A DNA stretch of 64,000 nt. Origin: the human T2T-CHM13v2.0 reference genome, Homo sapiens. A model generated the notes under the pieces. That model saw only the letters and a list, made by a program, of their open reading frames with translations. It did no database searches and was not told the origin of the DNA. A program made the position numbers and the translations under genes. The stretch's first letter is position 1; every line of letters starts with the position of its first letter. The DNA lies in assembly GCF_009914755.1 (NCBI RefSeq), contig NC_060928.1; one strand, 5' to 3'. This document shows, piece by piece, positions 13,747 to 31,939 of this stretch.

Positions 13747-16480
13747 AAATAACTCTAATGCAACCTCAGAGAGGAAACAGGCTTTAACATATGGTTTTCT
13801 GGGTTTTATTTCTTTATTCTTAGATTCTTGATGTGCACTTTTTGGAAAATATACCTCACACCATTTAGCATTATCCTTCAAACACACTTTCGTGCTTTTA
13901 GAATGTGCTGTGTGGAATCCCATAAGGTTGCATTTACACAATTATTGCAAATGCATAGCACGCTCCGCAGTTACAGCTTCACTCCATTGCATGTGAAAAT
14001 CCTCCTGACTGTATCTGACAGTTGACTCCTGCTAACAGTGTTCATATTCATACTTAGAGTTATTATAGATTGTGAAGCTGTGCTGGTGATGGTGTAAAAG
14101 CACACACGAGATAACTTGAATTGCAAGGATAGCTGGAGAGTTGGTAAAAATTAAATGCTCCATCCCATGTTTTTGCACTGATAGAACAAAGTCGTTTATT
14201 AGCATGAAGTTTGTTTTCTAATGCGACCTCTAATTTTTTTAATTGGTCTTCTCCGGAAAACCGTGGAGGAAAAATATCAAACAAAAACACTCATTCTGGT
14301 CTTTTCTTTCGGAAAGGTTTGTCACACTCTGCTGCATCTGGTAGTTTGACTTTGGATGGGAATCTGAAATGAAGCTTAATGTGAGTGCTATCAAGTGATT
14401 CTAGGAAAATGTCAAAATACAAGCAAAGAAAACAAAGGTCTTTTGTGCTGGATTTGCATTTCCTTCTGAAATCTTTGGCACTTTACATCAGAAAGGGAGT
14501 TGTATTATTTATTTTCAATTTCCTGACTCTCTATTCTTCCTCTGTCCTTAGAGAGTGGCCATCAGCACACTCCCTGCAGTCTTTCCCTCTCCTTGCTGAG
14601 CATTGTGTCAGTGAAGCGAGCTGCCTTCAAAGCTAGTGACAAGCGCAGGGCTGCCTCTTGCCAGAGAGGGGTGTGCATGCATGTCGCGACCAGGTCTCCC
14701 TTCCTGCAAGACAGCTCTCTCTGCCTCCACAAGGCCCAGCTTCCAGTGACGGCTGGATCAATGTGACATCTTGCTTTGGGTAGCCGTTGTGAGCAGGTAC
14801 ATTAGACAGCATCACAGTTTCCAGAAGGAACACATGTAGTGAGTGAGTGCCTTGACCTCCTCTAAGACATGATAGATAGTTCATATGCAGGTAGGACTTG
14901 GGTCTGGGGTAGAGGAGATGAACTGAAACTGCAATATTCTGAGCACCTGAACTGCACTGCCACTGAGAATTAAGCGGACTAAAGGTCAGGAAGATGATCT
15001 GGAAATAACCAGCATGTAAAAAACCTAACAAGCCTATTCAAGCTGAGAGTTCTGATTGTTTTAAAGTCGTGTACTCATATTAAAAGATCTGATTCGTGTA
15101 AATGTTACCATCTATAAATGTTTCTCTAAAACATTTTGTGTTTCTATTTTACATTTTTAGAAGATATAAGCCTGCTATATGATTATGTTTCTCCCTTCAT
15201 GCACCATCCATTAAATTATTATTTCTTAAGATATTTGACATTTTGCAGCTTTGCCATATCGGTTTTGATTATAGCAAAACATTGATAAAAATTATTCTTA
15301 ATGAAGGAAGTAAATATAGAAATTTCAAATAGATAAATTACATTTCTGCGTATGCAAGAAAAAGTGCTGATTACCTATTGTATTTGTATAGCAGAAGTAG
15401 ATATATATTTCATAAAAGAGATTTGATGAAACTGGATACCTCTGAGAAACCAGATTAAAAGAATGGGGCAGCCATGTCAAAGAAAGTCTAGGAGGATGCT
15501 ATTGATGAAATGAATGAAGAATGCATGGATAGCGTCAGATGCGAGAAGCGTTCGGGATCTAACACTAAACAAACCATGCTGATGGAAGCAGTATTTACTC
15601 ATATATAAATCACTGTGGCAAAACTCAGTTGCCTTAGTAGGACATGAGCTTGCACCTGTTTTTGTAAATTCCTGTCAGAGACTGAATGACAGGTTTCCAG
15701 AAAGAAGGTGCTTTTCCTCCTTTCCTTCCTTCCTCCTTCATTTCCAGAGGTCAGAGAGCTGTACGTATAGGCAGTTGGTCATTTGAATAGAAACTTTGGA
15801 GAGAAGTTTTGCTGATGAGTGTGAAGGCAGCTTGAAGTTTCATCTGTCTCAGCCTTTTCCAGCTAGGTCTATGCTCTCTAATTCTCAATTTTTTGCTTAT
15901 TAAAGGGACACTCATCTCTTTTCTCTATACCTCTCTATAAACTCAGTTTAGCTTTGACATACTTTCAATGCATGGACACGCACACACACACACAGTAACC
16001 CTCGCTGGAATGGAGATGCCAGGAGTGCCTTTATAAGCTTTGAAGTTGCCACAGTCTGCTGAAAAGGAATATATCTTTCTTTTAATCAGAATATTCAGAA
16101 TGGGATACATACAACCTTATTCAGGTCGGAAGATGGACATGAATACACCTATCCCTTGCTTTATGAATTTACAATTTTAACTCATTCCTGAAAACCTGCC
16201 ATTAAGTTTCTCAAAAAGAGTTAAGTAAAAAATAGTAATGTCTTTCAATTTGCTTAGAAAAATTTATGATACATTTTATGCCAAGCAAAGATACTCAAAG
16301 ATTGTTCACAGTTTTAAAAAATATATTAATTGAAAATAAAAGCAAGCAAACTTTTATAAGTAAAGAACTAGAACATAAATTTTCAAATTTTATATATAAT
16401 TTGTATACAAAAGGTAGTATAACAAAAGTATAATTATTTTTATTTGCCAATTTTGAAACTTTTAGAGCCCATGGATTTTT

Positions 16481-18935
<2,455 letters not shown>

Positions 18936-19459
18936 TTAGTCCAGAAAAACACCACATTAGCAAAGTACAAGAGCCCTTTGAAATACTTGGAAGTAGCGCA
19001 TGCATATCAGACTGAAAATCTGTAAAAATGTTACTCTTCGCCTCTCTTACAAAAACGATCCATCCAGAGCGAAAACATCTTGCGTTCATCCAAACATGGT
19101 GTATGATTCAAATGTATTCTATCTTTGCCTGAAACCCTCATGTCAAAATATCACTTTTTAGAGTGTATTTATTTAGTGTGGAGTTTTGTTTTTGTTTTCT
19201 TAGGTGTTTTTATTTTTATTTTTACTTTTTATTTTTGGTGGTAAAGTAGTTATAATGAAAAAGGACACCATCCAAAAGTGGGATGACTTTGCCAAAGCCA
19301 TTATGGCAACAATAAAAAATTAACTGATGGCATTTTGTGTGGTGAGGTAAGTCTGTATTCTGAATCTTGTATGATCTAATTTGTCTCCTGACACAATCTT
19401 TGAAGCAATTAGAGATTTCTGGGATCTTATGCCACAGTTGGAACCTCCCACAGTGGAAT

Positions 19460-19610
19460 ATTAGAACTGGAAGTTATCTTGGAGGCAACTGTCTAACATC
19501 CCAGTTTTACAAATGAGGAAACTAGTGTTTCGTGAAATTAAATGGCTTGGCCAACGTCATGAACCTCAAAGAGGCAGAGCCAGATTTTCCTATTTTGTCT
19601 TCTGCTATAA
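19460..19610 (-). mobile_element. MIR/MIR3
   Basis: ttttacaaatgaggaaact...ttggccaacgtcat...ggcagagccag core. Confidence 0.65.
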
Positions 19611-20552
19611 CTGAATTGACTCTCAGAAATGATGGCATCCCCATCCTGATCACCAGTTCCTGGAATCTAACACATAATAGTTCAAGTTGGGCTTGCGGAA
19701 GGTTGGAGAACGAATTGAACTTTAAATCCTTGAAGGTGGAATATTTTTGACCCTTTGAACTGTATTATAGCTAAAACATTGGGTATTTTTGACAAAAGTC
19801 AAAAACATGATTTGAAAATAATCTTTCGATACACCATTGTAACAAGTCTTCCCACTGAGCAACAAAATCAAATTAGCTTGTTTTGAAAAAATGAAACAAC
19901 TCTAAGCACATTTCACATCTCCTGTTGAGGTCTGGGTCATGCGTAATCACTGGGCTGTGATTGCTACATTCTGCATTCTGAAAAATAATGAGGAATAGGC
20001 AAAGGAATCAGATACGGACGTAAATAATATATAAGTGGCAAGCTGGATACGAGAACATGGCTGGGACTTGAGCCTCTTGCTATATCCTTGCCCAATCTAG
20101 AGCTTCAGATAAATGCATGGGAACAGGTGCAACTACACAGCAAACCTTTCGCCAGATGTAGAGATTTCTGGCCTGCCCATAGGGCTGGAAAACCCTGCCC
20201 TGACCAGTAGGAGTCAGAAGATATCCTGCAACCTGTGCGCAGAGAGAATCCAACAGAACACATGAGGCTAGAATATGGGTTTGCCTAAGTGATGAGTGAG
20301 TGAGAGAAAAGGCAATGCTTCTTCCCTGATATCTGCAGGAGGCTGGTCATCCTTTTTAAGAACTGAACCCAGAAACGGGGAAGACGGTGAAAAACATTCT
20401 CCATATGCCTGCTCCCCTGGATTACAGGCTGCTTGTGAGCAGGAAGCATTCATCAGTGCAAGAAATATGCACTGAATGTCTAACATGGTCCTAGTACTCT
20501 ACCTGATGCCAGGTATATAGAGGTGAGATTCAGATACAATCTGTGATCTCAC

Positions 20553-21459
20553 TGGGAAGCAGGTTCACTAATAACCAATCCCAAGGGAGGACTTCCCCCA
20601 TGTGGGTGATAGCAAAGGTTATCACTGTGCCAACCACCGGGCATAGGAGTTGAACGCTTGTCCCCACTGCACCTGGGCTGCAGTTTTGCCAATTGGCTGA
20701 GTCTGGTGAAGCAGAATACACTCATATGCAGCAGGTTTTATATAAAGCAGATTTATTTGTTACTGCTGGGCAGGAAGGGGCAAAGACGCCCAGGATCCAT
20801 TGTGAGCTGGTTTCCTAAGGCTCATGAAAGCTGCCTGGGACAGATGGAGGGGCCGTTTTATATATCTCAGGGGCTGGCCACATGACTCACGGGGAAAGCC
20901 TTGAGGACATTCTGCTCCTTGGGGAGACAGGAACAAATCTCAGCTCCCCTGGCAGTTCCTCCCTATCTCAAGATGTTGCATTTCCTCTGAGGAAAACACA
21001 TAAGGCTTGGCTATTTCTGGGAGTTCTTCCCTATCTCAAGGTACTGCATTCCTCGCACATTCTACAGTTATTCTATTTTTTTTTTTCTTTAGAGACAGGA
21101 TCTCACTCTGTCACTCAGGCTGCAGTGCAGTGGCACGATCAAGGCTCACTGCAGTCTCAAATTTCTGGGCTCAAATGATCCTCCCACCTCAGCTTTCTGA
21201 GAAGCTGGGACTATAGGTGCATACCACCTTGTCTGGCTTATTTTTTTTTTTTTTTTTTTGGAGAAACTGAGGTCCCACTATGTTTCCCAGGCTGGTCTCA
21301 AACTCCTGGCCTCAAGGGATCCTCCTGCCTCGACCTCCCAAAGTGCTGGAATTATAGGTTTGAGCCACTGTGACCAGCCTGCAGTTATTCTTGAGAACTA
21401 CAAATGAGAAAGGAAAGAGAAGTGAGTCAGTCCAAAGCTACCTGGAGAATTGTCCTACA
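20553..21459 (-). mobile_element. ERVL-class solo LTR (LTR47-like) split by AluJ
   Basis: TG...CA termini (tgggaagcaggttcact ... ggagaattgtcctaca); 5-bp TSD ctcac/ctcat; family name from recall. Confidence 0.7.
21075..21379 (-). mobile_element. AluJ
   Basis: Full dimer; TSD tacagttattct / tgcagttattct. Confidence 0.93.
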
Positions 21460-21972
21460 CTCATGGAATATGGCTAAGAATGTGTATTCCTCATAATTCC
21501 TTTCTCCATGTTACTATATCGTATGCAATGGTCAGCTCAGCCACTGCAATGAAACTAACTACCTGGCCTATCATCATTCTTTATTCATTCAACAAACGTA
21601 TGTTGTTTGACCAATATATGCTATGTACTGTGATGCAACCGAGCTTCATATTTTTTCTGAGAATTATGTTTCTCTCTAAACAGCATGAGGGAGGCAGAAG
21701 GAAATAAAATGAGATTCATAAATAGAAAGCTGATTTGAATGAGTACTTTCAAAATAAAATGTTATTTATAAACACATGCGTGTACACAGACTAAGACCAA
21801 TGAGAAAAATGTCACATTTCCTATATGCAGCTCACTGATTTTTAGTTACAATAACCAGTAAATGTTTCTTCTTGTTCTAGCCAATCAATATTGTGATAAC
21901 TTGTTATTTAAAGAAGACTTTTTTTTTAACAATTTCACTTGTCATCATGATATTACATTGATTATTTACTAA

Positions 21973-22297
<325 letters not shown>

Positions 22298-22349
22298 TAT
22301 ACTTTCATATATATAACAAAAATAGCAGTTTGTTACAAACATTAGTTCA

Positions 22350-23780
22350 TAGAGAGGTACAGTGAAAAGAGAGTTCCAAAGATGTGGTTCAACCTTGGTT
22401 TTGCTACTTACTAGTCACAGCTTCAGACACATCACTTTAAACTCTCTGAGTCTCAGGGGATATAGGACAATATAATGAGTTCAAATTCAGGCCCTTGAAA
22501 TATCTCACCTAAGGAGGAATGTCCCACGAATAAATAGGAATTTCTAAGATCACAGTACATGTCTGCAATTGCTTGAGAGATATAGTTGCTGGGTTAACAA
22601 ATAAAAGCGCAAGCGAGGAAAGCCTCCTCTTACTTCCAGACCACATTCAAATTCTAGGTATTTGTATTAACTTGGCCTTTCATGCATAGCTTAAAAGTGT
22701 GTGTTCTACGTGGTTCAAAGAAAATAAAACATGATTCTTTCTTTTAACCAAATGAAGACCTACCCAGAGAAACAAGATGCCAACCTGTGCATGAAATAGC
22801 TGATAACACAAGGCTATGTGTAATCACTGAACAAGTGTTGCCATCTGAATTTGAGTTATAAGGGAACAATGATGATCTCAGTGACTTCTAATCTCTAATC
22901 TCCGCTCTTTCACAAGCTGTTAACTAGACTCTCTGAACTCCAGTTACGTCTTCTGTAAAATGTGGTTAAATACGTATACACCATAAGGAAGGTATGAGAA
23001 CAGAAAGGAAGAATTCAGTAAAGTACTTAGAATCATGTTCCCAAGTAGTTAATGCTAAGTAAATGTCAGTTTCTCTTCCATCCTTTCTCTGTACTCATTT
23101 GGCACAATAGGATAATAATATTTGTTCTGCCTACCTTAGAGAGCTACATTGAGAATAAAATGAGTTCATATTTGTGAAAACGTTGGATGTTATAAGGACT
23201 TCAACAAATGAGAGGTGTTATTATTGGTAATGGAATTCTTGAACTCATTATGCCGAGAGACTTTACCCAAAAATATAATCATACTCCCAGAGACATTACC
23301 TAGCCACATAAATGACAGGAGCATAATGAACTGCCACCTAAACTGGGTTCCAGCTAGTATGAGTCTTTATATCAGGAAGAACAAATGCCCCTCCACAACA
23401 ACTTGGAGCTGGGAGTAAGGACTCGTTGGTCTGGATTCAGGAGAGCACCAGAGTTCTAACACTTCCAGATTTTATATGCTCAAACGCAGGTGACAACCTG
23501 TGTTAGAAGGTAGGATGAGCATAAGAAGCATGTGATTAACAGAGACTCTGTGTTGATGATATGTAGAGTGCTGATGTTAGAGTCATTCTGTCTGCTTCCA
23601 AGTTCTGGTACCACCACATGCTATACATTTTTGGTCAAGGTACCTGGTTTCTCTAAACCTTAGAATCCTCATTTAGAGAGTGGGACCGATAATTATACTT
23701 GCCTCTGGAATATTTGAAGGATAAAATGAACATCCGGCCCCTTATGGGTGTCCAGGGGATTTTAGCGATTATTATTATTT
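22350..23780 (+). mobile_element. Cluster of several MIR fragments
   Basis: ctctctgagtctcag (~22445), ctgtaaaatg (~22955), aataaaatgagtt (~23155), ctctaaacctt...ctcatt (~23655); boundaries approximate. Confidence 0.55.
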
Positions 23781-24410
23781 CTAAATAAGTGGAAAATAGA
23801 GTACAGTCTTTTCTGCATTTATAAGAGAGCTAAATCAGTAATTGCAACCAAAAGGATAGGGATGGTAGTATGTGCCTCCTGCCTCGCAGTGCCTTATGGA
23901 GGAGGTCAGTGTTTGAATAAAGAGCCCAACTAGACTTCCACAAGAAGACATAACCAACATGAAAGTGTAAGGAATACCCAGTGGACTGAAGCTAGACAAG
24001 AAAAGCTGTGTAAGATTTAGGGAAGCCAATACTAGAACTTTAGTAGTGAGGAGAAAAAGGTGACATGGCAAAATGTAGCCTATATAAATACATGTCGGGA
24101 CTCATATTTCTCTCACAGATTATCTGCCCTGTCTATCTGAAGTAACTATCTTCCATCAAAATACATGAAATAAAACAGTAGCATAACACCTGAGTAGCTC
24201 TGTTCTTTCAACCCACTGAGACGAGGTCTGCATATTGCCTGTATTTGCATCACCTCCTTCACTTACCCTTTGCTAAAACATGTCAGAACATCTTTAATTT
24301 ACCTGTAAAACTTCAGTAGGCAGCTCAGGGAAATTGAAATGAAATCCATCTGTGAAGAATTTAATCTCATATCTTTTTCTTAAGGTATAAAATTAATAAA
24401 ACAAACTCTA

Positions 24411-24965
<555 letters not shown>

Positions 24966-27900
24966 TTACTGGCAATTGAAATGAAAGCCATCCTAACGAG
25001 GTTTTATCATCATGAACTGTATTTGTTTGTACTAAATTAGGCTCTCTACAGAAACAAACCAAATGATGACAACGAGTTGATTGATTTCCCTTTTAGATTT
25101 TTGTAAGCTAGTTAAATATAGGTAGTTGATGTAATTGCATATTTACTATTTCACTTTTGCAGCTTTTAGAGTGACAAAAATGCAGCCCCCTGTCATGAGT
25201 CTGAAATGCTAAACTGTCCTAAACATTGGCGATGCTGTGAGAGATGAGAGTAACCAACAAACACTTCCTACATTGTCACACGGGGCTAATTCAGGCTGCT
25301 GCAAATTAGTGGTTTGTAGAATAGAAACCAGTGTGGTAAAAGTGAGATGTGTGAGACTGCCTAGTGACAGTCACACTCTGATGTGACGCTGTTTTATTAG
25401 CATCTCCTAAGATCTAAGGCAGTGTCGCCTTGTGTGTGGATCTGCAGTTATCCTTTAACTATGCAAGCTGGCCCAAGAGCAGGGCTGTGAGCAAGACCAT
25501 GTTTTTGCATCTTATTTGTTCTGAAAATAAGGATTAGTAATGAGTGTTACAAATGGGACTTGTCAGAAGAGAACCAGAGAGACGTTTTGTTAAATCAAAG
25601 AAGATCCATTCCTTCACAAAGGATAGACTCATATTCTGTAGTTAATGATTTGTTGCAAGATCTGATAAGTATCCTTCAGATATACAATTGATTTTAAAGG
25701 AGAGCCATTGATAGAGGTATCTCTCTGTACCCAAACACAAAGTCCGTGATGAAATCTATACATGGGATCTCTACAACTTATTACCTAAAAATATTAGGAG
25801 ACAGAAATATCGAGTAACTCTAAAATAAATTATACTTTGATATTCAATTTGTTCTATATTTTCAAGCAGAATTAGTTTTGAGAAGTATTTTAGTTCATTT
25901 ATTATTGGAAAAGACCTTACTAGCTTATTCAAGCAAGAAAATTACCCCAAAAGCTTACAAGATTTATAATGCTTGGGGGAAAAAAAAAAAAAGCAATTCA
26001 AAACCTAATGAGACATTTTAGGCCTCATTTACATCTCTAACCTGACCCATTTTCTGCAAAACGTTTTTGTTGGTAATTTACATACTAAAAGCTAGTTATT
26101 TATCCATCCCTAACCAAAAAGTTGATGAGATTACTAATACCACAGTGAAGTTAACATTACCCTGAAAGCTAAATACGACCATTTCTAGAAGGTTGACTAT
26201 TGAGTCATTTATTAAGCTATAATCTCCATTACATCCTGGCAATGCACCCACACTCTGAGAGAATGACATGAAAGCCCAAATATCTCATTTCCACAGTCAC
26301 TCTATGGGCAGGAATCCTTCCAGGAACACACTGGTTGGAAATGAAGCACATTAACGTGCTCTGTGTATGTACACACATGCATATAACCAAGAAAAAATAA
26401 TACAAGGAAACACATCATATAAAACAAGTTCAGATATCATGTATTTTTGAATACCACAGAGCTTTGCATCTATTTGGAGGTGATAATTGTATTGATGTAG
26501 CGAAGCTGTTGTATAAAAAAAACCTTCCCAATGTTTTGAGAAAAAAGACTACAATGAGGAATTGAAGTGTACAGTGGCACAGTGATATATTTCTCACTGT
26601 TTTAAGGAATAATTATATTTTTTCAGGATGAAAAATATATATCCATAAATATATATGTTAATATTATAAGTGCATCTATTGATATATTTATATTACCAAT
26701 ATACTTACATATTTACTAAAATATATTTCTATTTTCTATTTTATATATTTACATTTTATGTTTTGTATATTTTTATTATATAACATATAATCACCACCTG
26801 TTGATAATTGTTTAATAACTTACTCTCAAAAAGCACTGAATTTATAGTAATTTAACGAATGTCCTTCATAATGTAAGTGTCTGTCTACAGTTTAGTTGAA
26901 CATTATTTGGGCACATGGTGAGAATTATACTCCAAGACCTTCAAGACTGTCTTGGAGGTGAAATTTCCCTGCCTCTTGGTATAAACCCCCTCCCTCACTG
27001 CCCTACATCAAATCCCAACAAAATTCAGAGATTGAGAAGTGCATGGTACATCTCTAGGGCTCCTTGTTTAACCAGACTGCATTGCGGGTCCCTTTGTTAA
27101 ATTCTAGTCTTTGGGGGCAGTGTGCAGTCTGATTTTAGTTTGTTCAGCATCTCCTGCACAGCTTCCTCCCTAGATGAACCAGGTGTTTCATTCTGATCAG
27201 GGCCAGTCTGGTATCCAAGAAGGTCCAAAGCTCAACCCACGCCGGTGGCCCTGGAAAGCCCAGAATGTGGACAAATGTGGCTCTATTCCTTTCCTATGTA
27301 GTCATAGTTTACTCGATAATGAGTTTCACATTGTGTTTGTTTTCAGAAACCCTCTTTGCTGTTGTATTCTTCCTATGAGTTAGAGGATTTACAAGGGGAT
27401 ACAGATTGATTATAAGCAGAGAAAACACTCCTTGGTAAATGTAATTACTAAAAACTCATCTGCAAAGTAAACTGCCATTCGCCAAAACCTATTATCTTAT
27501 GACATGTTACGAATTGTGGTTTTAGTCCCTATTTTGAGGCCGTCAAATACTGTGGGCACTGCAGCTGTGGTCTTCAAGGCTGTGGCCACCATCACGGTGA
27601 TGGCTACCATGGCTTTTGCTGGCTCACGGGGAAAACCACATGAACAATTTTACTTCTCAATTCTTTTGAGTAGTGTAAAAAACTTAGGTTGTGTTGGCTT
27701 TACCCACTGTACACCTGTCTCCCAAAGAATATGCTGCAATTGTCTGTTCAGTTTTCCTCTTGGCCATTTGGAATATCTTTGGAGACTCTCTCTTGTGCTG
27801 GAATCTATTGACAAGACTCAAATAGTACTATAGTTTCTGTGAATATGTTTTGCTTCATGCAAAGTTTTCCAGGTACATACTGTTGGTGAATGATATACTC

Positions 27901-28139
27901 CATCTCCAGCTTGCTTATTACCTACTAACATTGTGTGATACAGCAAAACATTTCATATGTTTTCTGGGTATTCTCTTGCTTAATCTGTGAAGATAGTATC
28001 ATTTCAACACCACATTTCTTATACTCTCATGTCAAAAACATTTCATGATGATCTTCAACAATTACGTCCCTCTTAATATATCTGAGACATTGAATATATT
28101 TTAAAATTCCACATCTCCCAGTGCCTTTTCAATTATTTA

Positions 28140-28870
28140 TGCTAGAAATGTTGGGTGAATAGTTACCATGTAGTAAGTAAATGAAACAACCATGATTCCT
28201 GCCCTCATGGAGCGTAGAGCCCAGGAGAAGAAGCCAAACCAACAAAATAACCACAATATAATGGCAGAATGTGTTAAGTATTAGGAACCGAACAGACTAT
28301 TGCAATATTCAGTACTGGAAGGAGAGTTAGTATTTAGATAGGGTGTTTAAGAAGACTAGTTGAGCTGGTGGCATTCAAATCGGGGCTGAAAGGTAAAAAG
28401 GAGGCAGCTGAAAGTAAAAAGGTGAAAGGAGATGTCTCATGTACTTCTCAATCTCTGGATTTTGTTGGAATTTGATGTATGGCAGTGAGGGAGGGGGTTT
28501 ATACTAAGAGGCAGGGAAATTTCACCTCTAAGACAGTCTTGAAGGTCTTGGAATATAATTCTCACTATGCGCCCAAATAATGTTCAACTTCCTCCTTTTA
28601 TATATAATTATATATAATTTATGTATTAGAATTATATAAAATTATTAAAAATATAATTTTATAATTTATTGTAAATCATATAATTTTATAATAAAATTAA
28701 TGAGAAGAGCATTCCAGGCAGAGGATGTCAGCAGAAAGAGCCCAATGCAGCAGAGTGCAGCATGCTCCGGTAATTGGAAACGGCCACTCTTCCATGTGTG
28801 ATGGTGTACATGAGGGTGGTGTGCACAAGATGAGGTTGGAGAGGTAGACAGGGATCAGGAATCCTGACTG
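28140..28870 (-). mobile_element. L2 fragments around an AT-rich low-complexity tract (~28600-28700)
   Basis: cctgccctcatggagc...; agagcattccaggcagagg...; agatgaggttggagaggtagacagg. Confidence 0.6.
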
Positions 28871-29726
28871 TAGTGCCAGAGTGAGCCATCATCAGCATTC
28901 CCCTGAACTCAATTTACACAACCAACATGGCCACTACTCCCTCCCCTCCCCACATCCTGGATGGCACCTGACCCTCAGTAAGCTTATGGCATATAGGAAA
29001 ACAACAAAGAGCAAATGTTTTCTCAAGAGAGGCCAGCTCCCAAGAGAAAGAGAAAGGAAGAATCTGGCCTAAAATTGCCCAGGAATTTTTCATAAATTCA
29101 CAATCAAACAAATAATTTCTCCTTCCCTATGGCAGAAGAAATGAGGGAGCAGAAGTTGCCTGGACTATTTTACTAATGGAGTAGCCTTACAGTGGAGAGG
29201 AACACCAGGAGTGAGGAAGGGACTTCTCCCAGCAGTTGTGCCCTCTCCCACACTCTCTGGAAGTAATAATATAATCTGTCCTTTTAGAAGGAAAAATCCT
29301 TACATATTTAAAATTTTTTGTTTCTACCAGAATCCATAATGTGTGTTATTACAAAGTGAACAAGCTAGATATGCCCAAATACATTATCACATGACTTGAA
29401 TGCTATAACTTGAATATCCTAGCAAAATTAAATCCAATGCCAGCAAGATGAGAACCAGGGTCTTGATGGATCTGCTACCTAACTATAGCCAACCATAAGT
29501 TTTCAGTGTTTTTTCTATATCTTGAGTGGATATTGTATACCTACGCATGCATGGTTATATCAAATCTAGTTTTTTTTTCTCTTTTCCATAAAAATACTTT
29601 AAAACTCAAATAATTATAAATGTGTAAATAGAAGGATTACCGATAAAATGCAATTCATGTGAATTACCTAGTGTAATTGTTAGGTATTTGTTGGCCCCTG
29701 TGTCAAAAATGCCCTTCTCTCTCCAG

Positions 29727-29886
29727 GTGAAGAGCTGCTTCCTCGGAAGAGCACCCTAAGGCTGGGTGGCCACTATCCTTTGCCTTGGCAGAGCCAGCCA
29801 GAAGGCCTAGGCACAACCCGCTGTGTTTGCTGACAGCCAACCTACCCTGGAGTTCCGGAGCCGCTTCCTAGGAAGACTGGGGAGCG
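29727..29886 (+). ncRNA. MIR99AHG: Internal 160-nt lncRNA exon, probably MIR99AHG (miR-99a/let-7c/miR-125b-2 host gene)
   Basis: Acceptor cccttctctctccag| and donor GCG|gtgagt flank a GC-richer non-repeat segment; the exon text GTGAAGAGCTGCTTCCTCGG...GAAGACTGGGGAGCG matches my recall of the MIR99AHG/LINC00478 transcript. Confidence 0.75.
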
Positions 29887-30258
29887 GTGAGTACCCATGT
29901 GCGGCCAGCAGCTTTGATAGCTCTGTCTTCTGGAAGAGCTTATTTTCTGATATTCTAGCCATTCCTGTCATTCTTTCAGACACACTTCTAAAAGACTGTC
30001 AAACAACTATTTTCTCTCTTTATACCTTTTCTGCACCCTGCCTATAGCCGTAGTACTTCTGTAAATCAATTACATCTTGCTGTCTCTGTCTTTGTGCGTG
30101 TAAGTGTGCAATGCTACAAATGGAAACTCGCAAGCAGAGAGAGACGGTGAAAGAGAGAGAGAAGGTGATTTTGTGTGTCTTCAACCTTACCATCGTATTT
30201 CTTTTAACATCAGTTAAAAATAGCTGTTATCAAGTGTCCAGTTGACAGGAGTCTTTGA

Positions 30259-30582
<324 letters not shown>

Positions 30583-31613
30583 GAAATCCAGTAATTATTA
30601 ATGGGAATTTTATACAGAAGAGGTAGAAAATGTAAAATAGCTTTGGTTCATAAAACAGGAAAGATAAATGTCACCAGGAAAAAAATCTATAACAAGTGTG
30701 TCGTGAACTACGTGAAGGAAAATCTGTTGTATATTAGTGAGATTGTTAAATGGAAATCAAGGATATTGGCTCTGTTGATGAGCAAATTCTATTCATCTGC
30801 ATAAAAGCAGTTTATTTCAGAAGATAGGATATGTAGATCTAATTTTTATTGTTATACTATTGTTGGTCGTGGTGATTATGAATATATTACAAAGTTTTAT
30901 AAAGACTGCAGCTTCACGTTTTTTTACTGTGGGCATTTAAAGTTTTTTTTACTTGGAATTTTAAGTTTTTCTAAACATACTTATAATTTTATTAGACACT
31001 TTATAAACAAGAATTATAAAAAGTAGAAGAGCATAAAATTTTACTATTTGCTCCACCATATACCCTCTGAGTGTTCAACTATTTTAAGGTCTCTGACTAA
31101 ATACCAGCATATGATACTGGCAGAGATTGAAAGCAGAAATTCTATAGAACATCTAAATGTCACAGGTGTTATTGGAATGGAAATGAACTTTTTAATACAT
31201 TTTATAGGTATTACATATAGCTAGAATTTTACACCATATTTTTACACTTTATTTTTTGACTTTGTCACCTATCACCTTTTCCAAATTACTAAAAACTAAA
31301 AATACCTTAATGAAATTAAGAGCATGAATGATTTGGCAAATCAAGACGGTGCAGTTTTTCTCCTGTCATGTAGGTCTATGATATATATCATTTTTCAATA
31401 TTGCTGGTGGGTTGAGCCGACCTAACTACACACTGTGATCCTGAGATGTGGCTCCTGTCTGTCAATTTGGAATAGATTTAATTTGGAGTTACTACTTGGG
31501 TAGTCTAATTATTTCAAAAAGGAAGGGGGAGAAAAGTGAGTAATAAGAGTGTTATAGGAAACTATATTTTAACAAAAGTTGTAGTTGAAAGTTAGAAAGA
31601 AACATATAATCAG

Positions 31614-31939
<326 letters not shown>

